DNA of 64,000 bases, from IMG/VR virus record IMGVR_UViG_3300044701_002566. One strand, 5' to 3'. Under the pieces are notes generated by a model. The model was not told the origin of the DNA. It worked only from the letters and a program-made list of their open reading frames with translations, and ran no database searches. A program made the translations under genes and the position numbers. Position 1 is the stretch's first letter; each line of letters starts with the position of its first letter. The DNA is from an uncultured virus (IMG/VR IMGVR_UViG_3300044701_002566) (Duplodnaviria; Heunggongvirae; Uroviricota; Caudoviricetes). This document shows positions 1 through 9,904 of this stretch, piece by piece.

Positions 1-274
1 ACGTCAGGGCCGATTCTCTTCCTGCCGCCAAGCCCAATGGTAATCGCGCTGTAATTGTTGTTGATCGTGGTTGGATTTTTGCTGGTGACATCACCCGCGA
101 AAATGGCCGCATCAAGATCAGTCGTGCTGTGTGGGTGTTTCGCTGGGAAAGCTGTGGTTTCGCAAAGGTTATTGAAGACCCCAGCAACGCTGACATTCGC
201 CCAATGGCCGATGTGGACATGCCCGAGGGCGCTGAGATTTTCTGCGTGCCGGTAAATGATCAGTGGGGGTTGTG

Positions 275-275
<1 letters not shown>
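1..275 (+). CDS. 5'-truncated small beta-rich protein (possibly Sm-like/DUF6948-like); partner of the Gly-X repeat gene
   Basis: Frame from nt 3 reads VRADSLPAAKPNG...VNDQWGL*, the same amino acids as the 57935-58255 copy. TGATG overlap with the next gene. Confidence 0.75.
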
Positions 276-502
<227 letters not shown>

Positions 503-540
503 CTCACGCTCACAACTCAGCAAATCAATCGACAAAAGCA

Positions 541-774
541 ATGTCTTCTCTTTCTACCATCAGCAACAATCTTTCTCTTTCCGAAGAAACTCAGCAACTT
601 CTTGATGAAGCTCTTGCGGAGTTTGAGTCTGAAGAGCGAGCTGCCGCCAAGAAAGTCATTCAAGAGCGATTGCGCGAAATCAAGCGCCTTGAGATTCTCC
701 TTGAAAGGTCCAAGGCCGATCTCGCCAAGCTCCTGAAACTGGGCGTCGAAGAAATCTTGATGATCAATTACTAA
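541..774 (+). CDS. Hypothetical coiled-coil protein
   Basis: ATG ORF, TAATG-coupled to the next gene. Confidence 0.7.
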   Translation: MSSLSTISNNLSLSEETQQLLDEALAEFESEERAAAKKVIQERLREIKRLEILLERSKADLAKLLKLGVEEILMINY

Positions 775-1130
775 TGTCCGCCCTCACTCGCAACTATTCC
801 GATTGGAGCACGCTGCTTCTCTCGGACGGGCAAAGGCTTTGTCTTAAGTGGCCAAGTTGGAGTCATTCCATTTTCTGTGATGGATTCATGGTGACTAGCT
901 TAACTCTTAACGTAGACCATGACTGCTTTGATGTATCTACCTATGGCAGTCCGTACACTATGCAGGTATCAGGGCGCACATCTGTAGCGATTGGCCTTGA
1001 GATCAGATGCAGTAATTATGAGTCTATTCCGAAGGAGAAAGCCGACAGGCTTTTCAGAACGGCTGAGTCAATGTCAGTTAATGACCTACTTGCTACTGCT
1101 TATCAAAAAATGAACGAGAGAGACCAATGA
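774..1130 (+). CDS. Hypothetical protein
   Basis: Coupled ORF in the + strand operon. Confidence 0.7.
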   Translation: MSALTRNYSDWSTLLLSDGQRLCLKWPSWSHSIFCDGFMVTSLTLNVDHDCFDVSTYGSPYTMQVSGRTSVAIGLEIRCSNYESIPKEKADRLFRTAESMSVNDLLATAYQKMNERDQ

Positions 1131-1546
1131 CTTTTTTGAACAAACTTTCAATCTTGCCTAACGAAGATGATATTAGAAAGATATGGAAAGAGATTTTGGA
1201 ATCCTCTACATCTGTTTTGTTTTGGTCTGTCGAAGATTTTATATTTTGCGGGGCCTCGTGGGTAAACAATCGAATCTCGTCTGAGGTGCAAGCACTAAGA
1301 GCCTATTCAATCGAGATCCACAATCACCCGGAAACATTGACAATTCATAAGCTAATAGACGCCCACAGAACACTACGAAATTTGAGACTCGACACCCAGG
1401 AGGGTTACAAGGCTGAAATGAAGCTTGGCTACGAGCATGGGCGCGCTCAGGCAATTGCCGAACTGAAGGGCGATACAATTCAGTTGTCAGAACTTAAAAC
1501 AATGACAATGCAAGAAATCACCAATCTTATCGGGGAGGATCAATGA
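1127..1546 (+). CDS. Hypothetical protein
   Basis: ATGA overlaps on both sides. Confidence 0.7.
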   Translation: MTFLNKLSILPNEDDIRKIWKEILESSTSVLFWSVEDFIFCGASWVNNRISSEVQALRAYSIEIHNHPETLTIHKLIDAHRTLRNLRLDTQEGYKAEMKLGYEHGRAQAIAELKGDTIQLSELKTMTMQEITNLIGEDQ

Positions 1547-1710
1547 CAGAGTGGATCAAGGACAGGCTACCAACGGCGGAAGATGCAGATCCCCGTGGAA
1601 TGGTGAGATGGGGCAAGCAGGAACCTGAAACGTTAATGCATTGGAAGGGCGTAAGGCTCAGAGAGTTCTGGTGTCACAGTCGCACCTGGAGGAGGAGGGA
1701 AGACTGTTAA
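1543..1710 (+). CDS. Small hypothetical protein (55 aa, MTEWIKDRLP..., DUF551-like start)
   Basis: GGAGG RBS and ATGA overlap; below the ORF-track cutoff. Confidence 0.6.
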   Translation: MTEWIKDRLPTAEDADPRGMVRWGKQEPETLMHWKGVRLREFWCHSRTWRRREDC

Positions 1711-1738
1711 AGTGATTACGCAACTTGCCACGAGCAAG

Positions 1739-2083
1739 ATGAACAGCTATCTCAACGACGACGATAACTTCAGAGACGAACTGGATGATCCCCAGGTTGC
1801 AAAGCCATCAGCGTCAGTTGCCCTAGTGGTGAGCATGGCAGAGAGCCTCAACATCTCATTCTCGGAGAAGGTTTACCTGGCTCAGGTTATTCTTCTCGGG
1901 TGCGAAAGAAAGATGGCTTTCTTCTTGGATGAAATCGAGGCCAAGGAAGACGGTGACATGATGGCGCAAAAAGAAGCAATCAGATCAGTGACAGCTTGCT
2001 GGTCAACTGTATTTGACTGCATCGAAACGCTTTCTGTGGCCAACGCAGCAGAAACACAGGGCTATCTGGGTATTATCCCGTAG
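1739..2083 (+). CDS. Hypothetical acidic protein
   Basis: ORF track; ATG at 1739. Confidence 0.65.
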   Translation: MNSYLNDDDNFRDELDDPQVAKPSASVALVVSMAESLNISFSEKVYLAQVILLGCERKMAFFLDEIEAKEDGDMMAQKEAIRSVTACWSTVFDCIETLSVANAAETQGYLGIIP

Positions 2084-2086
2084 CCC

Positions 2087-2350
2087 TTATTTTTTGGTGC
2101 TCTTACCGTTACTGCCGTTTCTCGCCCTATTCCTTTTGGGGCTTTCAAGCACCATTTTCCCATCTTTGGTGTGACTTAGATCTTTCCCCCCTTTGCCAGC
2201 AATCCCCCTCCGCCGTCTCTCGGTCCACCTCTCTTCTGAGGCGTCTTTCACCGAGGGCTTTTTATTGTATTTGCGCTGATACGCATTCCTCTTGCGCCTG
2301 GCCTCCGGGTTGGAGGCGTAGTAGCGAGATGTCCTGCTGCGACCAGCCAT
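2087..2350 (-). CDS. Small basic protein with degenerate HNH-like motif
   Basis: Arg/Lys-rich; GKDLSH...RNRARN. Confidence 0.6.
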   Translation of the reverse strand: MAGRSRTSRYYASNPEARRKRNAYQRKYNKKPSVKDASEERWTERRRRGIAGKGGKDLSHTKDGKMVLESPKRNRARNGSNGKSTKK

Positions 2351-2355
2351 GATGA

Positions 2356-2571
2356 TTACATTTGAGAGGCCCAGAGTTGCCGAATGTGAACTTCTGCCTC
2401 GATCAGAGAGGGGGCGATCAAGGGAAGGATTTGAGGTGATTCAGTCAGAGTAACGCGCCTGATTTCAGCAAGATCACCGAGCAGATCTCGGATGATAGGT
2501 GGAATGGTGTGTACGGTTTTCTGTTCTGTTTCGCCCTGGTTGCCATTTGAAAAAGCAAGGGCAGATGCCAT
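2356..2571 (-). CDS. Hypothetical protein
   Basis: ORF track; tightly packed. Confidence 0.55.
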   Translation of the reverse strand: MASALAFSNGNQGETEQKTVHTIPPIIRDLLGDLAEIRRVTLTESPQILPLIAPSLIEAEVHIRQLWASQM

Positions 2572-2621
2572 GACTGAAGCAGCGTATCGGCATCCCTCAG
2601 GTTAGCCGTCAGGCCAGGGGG

Positions 2622-2909
2622 TCACAGCCAGTCAAGATGCGACTGAGTTTTTTCTTCTAATGCCTCCACGGTGATCTCGTCCCAGTTGATCGGGGGCATC
2701 GGCAGGCGAAATTTATTCTTCGCCCGATTCACATCATTCGGCAGCCCGTTGTGAGAGCAGTACGCCTCGTACCACTTTTGCAGCATATATCTGTCAACAA
2801 ACCCCTGCATCAGACCGTAGACTTCTCCGACATCCTGCCCCTTCTCAAAAAGAAGGTGCGCGGTGACACGGAGGATTCGATTCAGGTTCGTGCTTCCTCT
2901 TGTGTGCAT
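2622..2909 (-). CDS. Hypothetical protein
   Basis: ORF track; ATG at 2909. Confidence 0.55.
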   Translation of the reverse strand: MHTRGSTNLNRILRVTAHLLFEKGQDVGEVYGLMQGFVDRYMLQKWYEAYCSHNGLPNDVNRAKNKFRLPMPPINWDEITVEALEEKTQSHLDWL

Positions 2910-2999
2910 CGCCCCGGTTCTTGACAAATGGCCCCAATGGTCCTACCTTGTTAGCCGAAGGGGGATTCGACCATCCTACGCCCCTCAGAGACAGAATCT

Positions 3000-3776
3000 A
3001 TGGCCAACGTCTATTCCAAGCTCAACCAGGCCCGCACCGAGCTTCAGCGTCGTGAGCTGAAAAAGACCGGGCGCAATAAATTTGCAGGTTACAACTACTT
3101 TGAACTTGGCGACTTCCTGCCAACAGTTCAAGAAATCTTTGCTCAGGTTGGCCTGTGCGGAATCGTGAGCTATGGGGCGGAAAGTGCAAATCTGACGATT
3201 CTTGATACGGAAGACCCCGAAGGCCCTGGGATTCAAATTAACAGCCCGATGTCTTCTGCCGCCCTCAAGGGGGCTCATGACATTCAAAACCTTGGGGCGG
3301 TGCAAACATATCTCCGTCGTTATCTCTGGGTAACGGCAATGGAGATCGTTGAGCACGATGAGCTTGACGCCACTCTCGGGGCGCCCAAGAGCGGCCCAGG
3401 CCCCGCCCAGGAGCCCACTCAGGCCGCCAAGAAGACCCGCGCCTACTCCCCAGGGGATTCCGTCGCCCCGGCCCGCCAGGCCCCGATCCAGGAGGAGCTG
3501 GAGATGAAGCTGAAGGAGCTTGGGCTGACGGCATTTGGCCAGACAACCTTCCTGAAGCTCTGCAGTGCAAGCAACTTCTCTGAGATTGCTGACTCCAAAG
3601 CAACTCAGGCTTACAAGATTGCAGATTCCAAGTTGATCTCAAACTTGAACGCTGGAAAAAATAGCAAGGGCGAACAGATTGTTCAACCCCCCGTAGTTGA
3701 CAAGCCCAAGAGCAATAGCATCGAGGCTCTTGAGAAAGCAGCCGAAAGCCTGTTCAAGGGCGATGAGGACGAGTGA
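3000..3776 (+). CDS. erf: ERF-family single-strand annealing recombinase
   Basis: KKTGRNKFAGYNYFELGDF and GAVQTYLRRY motifs; adjacent to exonuclease and SSB. Confidence 0.85.
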   Translation: MANVYSKLNQARTELQRRELKKTGRNKFAGYNYFELGDFLPTVQEIFAQVGLCGIVSYGAESANLTILDTEDPEGPGIQINSPMSSAALKGAHDIQNLGAVQTYLRRYLWVTAMEIVEHDELDATLGAPKSGPGPAQEPTQAAKKTRAYSPGDSVAPARQAPIQEELEMKLKELGLTAFGQTTFLKLCSASNFSEIADSKATQAYKIADSKLISNLNAGKNSKGEQIVQPPVVDKPKSNSIEALEKAAESLFKGDEDE

Positions 3777-4120
3777 TGATTGATACTTTTCAGTATGCAA
3801 TTTGCTGCCTGATCCTTACCCTTCCAGCTCTGATCGCAATTCAGTTTGTTTACGCCCCCGCAAAGAAAAAGCCCGAGCCCGAGCCCGAGCTTGGATTTGT
3901 TACGGGGCATGGTTGGTTTGCAAAAGAGCTGTCAGAGATTCTTGGAATTGATCCAAGTCAAACCACAGCAATTGAAATCATCGTTGATACTGAACATGCA
4001 GTTCAGGTTGACGTAACTCAGTTGCTGAACGGCAAGCAAGCGCAACGTGTTCTGTACCTCCTTCGCAAGTGCCAACCAGCAGAAGTCCAGTGGAAAGAGG
4101 AATCAAGCCTCTCTAACTAG
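3776..4120 (+). CDS. Hypothetical protein with N-terminal membrane anchor
   Basis: Hydrophobic N-terminus followed by KKKPEPEPE. Confidence 0.6.
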   Translation: MIDTFQYAICCLILTLPALIAIQFVYAPAKKKPEPEPELGFVTGHGWFAKELSEILGIDPSQTTAIEIIVDTEHAVQVDVTQLLNGKQAQRVLYLLRKCQPAEVQWKEESSLSN

Positions 4121-4408
4121 CCAGTCAATTAGCTTATCCCGCCCAATTTCAGACCAGTAGGGCTGCTCTCGCCACCAACTGAAAACTTCTCGATGCCCCT
4201 TCTTTCTGTTGCAGGGCAAACATGCGGGAACAAGGTTTTTGGCGACTGTCAGCCCCCCTTTCATTTTTGGCAGTACGTGGTCAAGGCTTTCAGCGTGCTC
4301 GCCACAATAAGCACACTTGTAATCCCAACTTTCAAAGATGTCTTGTCTGAACCGAGAGCGAACCGTGCGAGAGTGGACGAGAACTGTTTCCTCGATTCTG
4401 GACTGCAT
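4103..4408 (-). CDS. HNH endonuclease
   Basis: CAYCG...LDHVLP..KGG...NLVPACLPCN motif. Confidence 0.9.
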   Translation of the reverse strand: MQSRIEETVLVHSRTVRSRFRQDIFESWDYKCAYCGEHAESLDHVLPKMKGGLTVAKNLVPACLPCNRKKGHREVFSWWREQPYWSEIGRDKLIDWLVREA

Positions 4409-4447
4409 CTGAATCAGTCATTTACTAAATTCTAGCAGGTTTTCAAA

Positions 4448-5233
4448 ATGGTTCACCCAACTTCAGGTTTTTACATCAAAGACAACGAGGAGTACGCTTC
4501 TGTTAGTATTGTGCTAGGGGCGACAAGTGAAATGTTTGACCCCAGCAAGCAAAAGGGTCTTGAGTTTTGGCGTAGAAATGAACCAGACTGGGAGGAGATT
4601 GTAATTAGAGCGCAGCGCAGGGGGAAGATCATTCACGCAGAGATTGAAAGCACTTTGCTCGGAATTTCTACTGCTGGTCACGAAGACGAAGGAACTTATG
4701 AGGAAATCGTAAACTACAACATTAACGAGTATTTATTTTACATCAACCCACTGCTTGAAGAGATTAAGCGAGAGAATACCGAGGGCGAAAAACTCAGGAA
4801 AGATTTCTCTCTTGAGGGTGTGCTGTTTTGCCCTGAGGGATACGCCGGGACCGCTGATGCAAGATTTAAGTTTAGAGATAAATATTCTATTTGGGACTGG
4901 AAAACGGTCAGGTCTTACAAGGAATACGAAAACGAGGAGAAGGGTAAAAAAACAAAGCCTAAGTCAAAGTACAAGGATGCTTTCCTGCAGATCGGGGCCT
5001 ACGCCCTGGCTCACAACATCGGGGTCAGAAACGGCGAACTTGACACTTTGATCAAACAGGGTGTAATATGCGTCTGTTACGACTGGAGAGAGCCACAGCT
5101 TCACATTCTTGATTCAGCCGAGCTGAAGAAGGCAGTCCTTGGGTTTGTTGAGCGGTTCTCCGCCTATTGCGAACTGATTGACTGTAAACTTCCTCGCCCG
5201 GTGCAAGAGGAAGCCGAAGAACTTTCTATCTAA
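4448..5233 (+). CDS. PD-(D/E)XK exonuclease
   Basis: RGKIIH, YAGTAD...IWDWKT and QIGAYA motifs. Confidence 0.8.
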   Translation: MVHPTSGFYIKDNEEYASVSIVLGATSEMFDPSKQKGLEFWRRNEPDWEEIVIRAQRRGKIIHAEIESTLLGISTAGHEDEGTYEEIVNYNINEYLFYINPLLEEIKRENTEGEKLRKDFSLEGVLFCPEGYAGTADARFKFRDKYSIWDWKTVRSYKEYENEEKGKKTKPKSKYKDAFLQIGAYALAHNIGVRNGELDTLIKQGVICVCYDWREPQLHILDSAELKKAVLGFVERFSAYCELIDCKLPRPVQEEAEELSI

Positions 5234-5251
5234 CACACTCGCAAAACAATC

Positions 5252-5626
5252 ATGCTTTCTCTCACTGCTGTCGGTTACGTCTCCGGCAAACCCAGAATCG
5301 AAAACAGCGATTATGGGGATTCGATTTCAATTGGCATTCGCTGCAAGGGCGATGGAGGCAAAAATGTCTTCTATGTGAACGCCAAGTTTTATGGCAAGCG
5401 AATGGCGCCCATCGAAAAGTTTATCAACGATGGGGATCAGGTCACGCTAAGCGGCACCATTTCTGCTGTAATCGAAAAGACCAAGAAGGATGGGACGAAG
5501 TATTCCCAGGTTTACATGAACGGATCTGGTTTCTCGATCCCGCCCAATCCCTCCAAGGATGCCCCCGCCCCGCTGCGCCCTCTGCGTTCCTCTGACGAGG
5601 AAGAAGAGGACGAAGTGCCGTTCTGA
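5252..5626 (+). CDS. ssb: Single-stranded DNA-binding protein
   Basis: OB-fold pattern; acidic tail ending EDEVPF. Confidence 0.85.
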   Translation: MLSLTAVGYVSGKPRIENSDYGDSISIGIRCKGDGGKNVFYVNAKFYGKRMAPIEKFINDGDQVTLSGTISAVIEKTKKDGTKYSQVYMNGSGFSIPPNPSKDAPAPLRPLRSSDEEEEDEVPF

Positions 5627-5820
5627 TGAAAGCCTGGCATAGCGAATGCTTCGACTCATGGCAGGAGCTTTCCTCCGCGCATCAAAACCTCTGCTACTCG
5701 GGCCATGTGGCAGGCGAAAGGTAAAGATGCAATCAGCGGTCTCTGAAGGGAATGTCGCGGTTCCGTACCAAGTCAGGTATTCTGGGCGGCATCAAGGAAT
5801 AAGCTTGTAAGCCCAGGCAT

Positions 5821-5842
5821 AGCCCCCGTAACAGGGGGCTTT
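5821..5842 (+). terminator. Intrinsic terminator-like hairpin
   Basis: AGCCCCC-gtaaca-GGGGGCT followed by TT. Confidence 0.65.
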
Positions 5843-5860
5843 CAACTATCAACTTTTGCA

Positions 5861-6418
5861 ATGAGCATCAAAATCATTGGTCTTTACAGCCCCGCCCCCG
5901 GCTCGGGCAAGTCAACTGTTGCAAGCTACCTAGAAGACTATGGCTGGGAGATTGTCCCATTTGCTTCAACCCTGAAAAGAATGTTGAAGGCCATGCTGAT
6001 GGAGATCGGCTATTCAATGTGCGAAGCGGAAGAGCTGATCCTGAAGAAGGAATATATCGTCCCTGAGCTTGGCGTAAGAATCAGAACGCTAATGCAAACA
6101 CTTGGAACAGAGTGGGGGCGAGAAAAAATCGAAAAAAGATTTTGGATTAAATGTTGGGAGGCGAAAGTGAAATCTCTTGGTTCTTTCGTGGTAGCAGACG
6201 ATGTGAGATTTCTCAATGAAGCAATGGCTATCAAGGAGATGGGCGGGGAAATATGGAAGATTATTCGCCCCGGAACCGAGAATGGCGAAAATCATTCCTC
6301 CGAGGGCCAGCTTGATCATTGGGATGGTTTCTCTCGTATTATCGTAAACGACGGGTCAATTCAAGATCTGCACGACAAGCTGAGCAGCTTCCTGATCAAT
6401 GCTGAAGGACAAAAATGA
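5861..6418 (+). CDS. Deoxynucleoside monophosphate kinase
   Basis: APGSGKST, RTLMQTLGTEWGR, DDVRFLNE and HSSE motifs. Confidence 0.88.
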   Translation: MSIKIIGLYSPAPGSGKSTVASYLEDYGWEIVPFASTLKRMLKAMLMEIGYSMCEAEELILKKEYIVPELGVRIRTLMQTLGTEWGREKIEKRFWIKCWEAKVKSLGSFVVADDVRFLNEAMAIKEMGGEIWKIIRPGTENGENHSSEGQLDHWDGFSRIIVNDGSIQDLHDKLSSFLINAEGQK

Positions 6419-7142
6419 CGAGTTCTACGATGCAAGGCTTGTAGCCACTGCAAAGCTGCATCTTCCTGCCATCATGAACAGGCAGAAATCACCTTTCTTT
6501 TTTGAGGTGATGAACGAAATCGTAGAAAGAAAAGTTTACAAAGGTTACAAAAACGTCAAGGGGCGGGAAATAAAACTTTCGGGAATCAAAGACTTTTTGT
6601 TTAATGTTCGTCATGGGCTTGGCATCAGAAACTTGCCAGAGTTTTTAGGCAACTGCGCCCACCTTGAACTTGCCGATAAATCGAAGCGGAAATACGCAAG
6701 AAGATTTATTGACTGGCTCAAAAATGAAGATCCCAAATCTTTTGTTTTTCCGCCCTCGTACTGGGAATTTAGGCGACTGACGATCGCCATTTCCGAAATG
6801 AAAGGGGGCGAGGACAGAAGGATGAGATACTATGACATGCTTTCAATTATCCATAATACCCACCCCGAGATCTTAATTCACATAGGGCCTGGGCGCAAAT
6901 ACCAGTCAATTCCAGAAGCTTACAAAAAAGAAGGATATATTGTAGAGGCTAAGTCTGTAAAGACACTTAGGCTTTCTCACGCCCCCACCTACAAGGAGGT
7001 CGAGGCCCTGGCCAGGGAGCTGAACTCAAGGCTTGACAAGCTAAAAAACAGAGTTTTGATTGCTAAGCTGATCGAGATTTACAAGATCAACGAGGCAGTC
7101 GAAAACCATGTTATCATCGACCCTTCGGAAGACGAAGACTAA
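6399..7142 (+). CDS. Hypothetical protein
   Basis: 247 aa ORF within the operon. Confidence 0.7.
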   Translation: MLKDKNDEFYDARLVATAKLHLPAIMNRQKSPFFFEVMNEIVERKVYKGYKNVKGREIKLSGIKDFLFNVRHGLGIRNLPEFLGNCAHLELADKSKRKYARRFIDWLKNEDPKSFVFPPSYWEFRRLTIAISEMKGGEDRRMRYYDMLSIIHNTHPEILIHIGPGRKYQSIPEAYKKEGYIVEAKSVKTLRLSHAPTYKEVEALARELNSRLDKLKNRVLIAKLIEIYKINEAVENHVIIDPSEDED

Positions 7143-7635
7143 CGAGATCGAGTTCTTCGTTTCTGGCGCCCCTGCTGCTCAGGGCAGCAAAACCGCTTTC
7201 GGGCGAGTGGTTCCAGGCAAGGACGGCAAGCCCAAGGCGATCGTGAACATGGTCGAGCAGGACAAGGGCCTGAACGAGTGGCGATATTCCGTTGCTCAGA
7301 TGGGGCGACTAATGAAACCAAAGGATTGGGACAGGAAGGGCATTTTTATGGTTTCGGCAATATTTTACATGCCACGCCCCAAGTCCCATCTTGATGCAAG
7401 GGGCGAGGTAAGAGCAAGCGCCCCCGTTTTTCACTCATCTCGCAAAGACTGTGATAAGATGCTCCGTGCTATTGGCGACGCTCTAACAGAAGTCTGTTAC
7501 GACGACGACGCCCTGGTTGTTTCGGTCTCTGGCCTCAAGGTCTATGCAGGCGAAGACGGGCCTGGGGCGCGAATCGCTGTGACTCGTCTTGATGAGGTCG
7601 CCGCCTCGCGGCAAATCCAAGCTCTGCTCTTCTGA
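7108..7635 (+). CDS. rusA: RusA-family Holliday junction resolvase
   Basis: GAPAAQGSK, DCDKMLRAIGDALT and YDDDALVV motifs. Confidence 0.88.
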   Translation: MLSSTLRKTKTNEIEFFVSGAPAAQGSKTAFGRVVPGKDGKPKAIVNMVEQDKGLNEWRYSVAQMGRLMKPKDWDRKGIFMVSAIFYMPRPKSHLDARGEVRASAPVFHSSRKDCDKMLRAIGDALTEVCYDDDALVVSVSGLKVYAGEDGPGARIAVTRLDEVAASRQIQALLF

Positions 7636-7696
7636 CTTTTTACTTGCAAGCCCGCCCCTCATGCTGTAGGATTAGCAGGCAGTCAACAAAAGGCAA

Positions 7697-8239
7697 ATGC
7701 CTCGCCGCAAACCCACCACAGAAGAAACCGACACCGCCACTTCCCCCGAGTCAACCGAAATGCCTACCGCTGAAGCCACCCTGGAAATGGAAGCAACCAC
7801 CGAAACCGCAAAGCCCAAAATCATCAAGGGCGAGCGTCTGGTTGGTCAAGCCCTGCTTGATTACGTTCTTGCCAACCGCAGCCTCCCGAGCAACGAGGTC
7901 GTGTTCGGCGCTGGCTACTACTCCAAGCGCATCGACCCCGAGACTGGGGAAGAGAAGATCACCTACCAGAAGCAGACCTTCCACGAGGCCATCAACGCCG
8001 CCAACGGCATCGAGCTGGCCCCCGCCACCCGTGCCTACGCCCCCCGCAAGAACCGTTCCCCGGTGATCAAGCTGGGCAAGCAGGGCAGCATCGTGGTCGG
8101 AGGCCGTCACAGCGAGGTCGCCGGCTTTGCCCCCGAGACCAAGGTTGAAGTGAAGGCCGAGCCTGGTCGTATCACCATCATCGCGTTCGCAGACGGTGAC
8201 ACTGAAGCTGCCGACACTTCCGCCGAACTGGAACTCTGA
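7697..8239 (+). CDS. Cyanobacterial AbrB-like (cyAbrB) transcriptional regulator
   Basis: LVGQALLD..., GYY, F.EAI.AA.G and a C-terminal GSIVVG...GF.P..KVEV...PGRITI swapped-hairpin pattern. Confidence 0.75.
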   Translation: MPRRKPTTEETDTATSPESTEMPTAEATLEMEATTETAKPKIIKGERLVGQALLDYVLANRSLPSNEVVFGAGYYSKRIDPETGEEKITYQKQTFHEAINAANGIELAPATRAYAPRKNRSPVIKLGKQGSIVVGGRHSEVAGFAPETKVEVKAEPGRITIIAFADGDTEAADTSAELEL

Positions 8240-8266
8240 TACAAAGATCTCGTCATGAGATTCCTG

Positions 8267-8288
8267 GCCCCGATTCGTCGGGGCTTTT
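8267..8288 (+). terminator. Intrinsic terminator
   Basis: GCCCCGA-ttcg-TCGGGGC followed by TTTT. Confidence 0.8.
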
Positions 8289-8308
8289 CTTTACAATTTT
8301 TTGCCCCC

Positions 8309-8710
8309 ATGTCCCTTCTTCAGCAGGCCAACGAATTTAGAGAGGCTTTTGGATTCAGTAATCATTTCAGCATTGCTGGATTTCAGCTTCAAAAGCGCTT
8401 GATCAATGAAGAGTATTACGAAGTAGTCTGCGCTTGCGTAGAGTGCCAGGACAAAGAATTTAACATTGGCAGCAAAATCGAGCTGTTGAAGGAACTCTCG
8501 GACCTTGTTTTTGTTTGCTACCAAATGGCTGCATACATGAACATTGATCTCGATACTGCAATGTCTCGTGTCTTTGAAAGCAACATGAGCAAGCTGGGCG
8601 AGGACGGAAAGCCGGTGAGGCGAGAAGATGGAAAAGTTCTGAAGGGACCGAACTACCAACCGCCCGAGCTGCTAGATTTGGTGTTTCATAGCCCCGAATC
8701 CGATTCATGA
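8309..8710 (+). CDS. MazG-like/PRA-PH NTP pyrophosphohydrolase
   Basis: LINEEYYE, KELSDLVFV, VFESNMSKL and DGKVLKG motifs. Confidence 0.88.
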   Translation: MSLLQQANEFREAFGFSNHFSIAGFQLQKRLINEEYYEVVCACVECQDKEFNIGSKIELLKELSDLVFVCYQMAAYMNIDLDTAMSRVFESNMSKLGEDGKPVRREDGKVLKGPNYQPPELLDLVFHSPESDS

Positions 8711-8865
8711 AAAACTGTCACCCGTCAGAGGAAGACCCCAAGGTGGCACTGCTGGAAAGCCTGTATCGAGCCGATGGGCGCCACGAGAAAGGCCACCCCA
8801 TGCACGGCCTCTACACCGGCCTGTATCAGGCTCACATCGCTTCTCAGGAGCAGGAGGCGGCGTGA
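8707..8865 (+). CDS. Small hypothetical protein (52 aa)
   Basis: ATGA/TGATG-coupled; LYRADGRH...HGLYTGLY. Confidence 0.6.
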   Translation: MKNCHPSEEDPKVALLESLYRADGRHEKGHPMHGLYTGLYQAHIASQEQEAA

Positions 8866-9026
8866 TGAACAAGGAAGAACTGACTGACTTTTTCTACGAA
8901 TGGTTCACTGACAGCTACCCAAGGGTGAAGCCGTCAAATCACACTGTTGATTCACATGTTGCTTTTGCAACTGAAGTGATGAAACACTTCCTTGTGGCAA
9001 ATGAAGACTTCATGGGCGAGGATTGA
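8865..9026 (+). CDS. Small hypothetical protein (53 aa)
   Basis: TGATG-coupled on both sides. Confidence 0.6.
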   Translation: MNKEELTDFFYEWFTDSYPRVKPSNHTVDSHVAFATEVMKHFLVANEDFMGED

Positions 9027-9385
9027 TGTTTGAAGACGACAGTGCAAGATTCGCAAAGTCTTCAAAGTGTCCAAAATGCGGAGAGCATCTCTTTAGAGTT
9101 GCCGAATCTCGCAATGTCAACGGGATCAAGAGAAGGAGGAGGATTTGCGGTGATAAAGACTGCAATCACCGCGAAACCACCTATGAAATCAGCTCTGCTG
9201 ATTATCAATTCCTGAACAAGGCCAGGGCGGTCGAAAGAATCTTTTCGGGCGCCAAAAATGCAAAGTCCAGCAGTCAAGTAACTTGTGATTCCTGCGTTCA
9301 ATGGAAGAATGGAGGATGTGACTTTGACTTCCCCGAGGCAGGGGGTAGATTTGCCGAGGAATGCAGTCTTTACGACCGACGCTAA
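9026..9385 (+). CDS. Zinc-ribbon protein with NrdR-like N-terminus
   Basis: KCPKCG...V.ESR...RRRRIC...C.HRETTYE; second Cys cluster; no ATP cone. Confidence 0.75.
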   Translation: MFEDDSARFAKSSKCPKCGEHLFRVAESRNVNGIKRRRRICGDKDCNHRETTYEISSADYQFLNKARAVERIFSGAKNAKSSSQVTCDSCVQWKNGGCDFDFPEAGGRFAEECSLYDRR

Positions 9386-9388
9386 TCA

Positions 9389-9904
9389 ATGTCTTTTCTT
9401 CATGACTCTCAAATCAGAAAGCTCTGCAAAGATGGGATGGTCGAAGACTATCTCGATGAATACGTCGGGCCGTGCTCCCTCGATGTCCGCCTTGGCGAAA
9501 AAATTATGGTGGAAACACCAGATTCGCAAGATCTTGTGCGTTTCTCAATCCGGGGAACTACCAAGCAAAATCCATACCTGCTAAAACCACAGCAATTCAT
9601 TCTCGCCCATACAGTTGAACTTTTCAACATCCCCGACACACTTTGCGCTTTTTTCGCCCTAAAAAGCAGTAGGGGGCGTGAAGGAATTTCGCACGTACTT
9701 GCAGGCTTCTGTGATGCAGGCTGGAGAAACAGCAGGCTTACACTTGAGCTTCACTCTGTTCGCCAGTATCATTCAATTCCGATCTGGCATAACATGCCTA
9801 TTGGGCAAATGGTATTTGGTACGATGGTCGCCCCTCCTCACAAGAGTTATTCCCTGGTGGGGCGATATAACAATTGCGATACCGTTGAGCCCAGCAAGGG
9901 TTAA
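9389..9904 (+). CDS. dcd: dCTP deaminase
   Basis: PCSLDVRLG, FILAHTVE, KSSRGREG and AGFCDAGW motifs. Confidence 0.9.
   Translation: MSFLHDSQIRKLCKDGMVEDYLDEYVGPCSLDVRLGEKIMVETPDSQDLVRFSIRGTTKQNPYLLKPQQFILAHTVELFNIPDTLCAFFALKSSRGREGISHVLAGFCDAGWRNSRLTLELHSVRQYHSIPIWHNMPIGQMVFGTMVAPPHKSYSLVGRYNNCDTVEPSKG

Noticed and set aside
8309..9904. Modified-base pathway such as a Z-genome
   Set aside because: MazG-like, dcd and dNMP kinase are common phage genes; no PurZ, DatZ or base-modifying synthase is recognisable.
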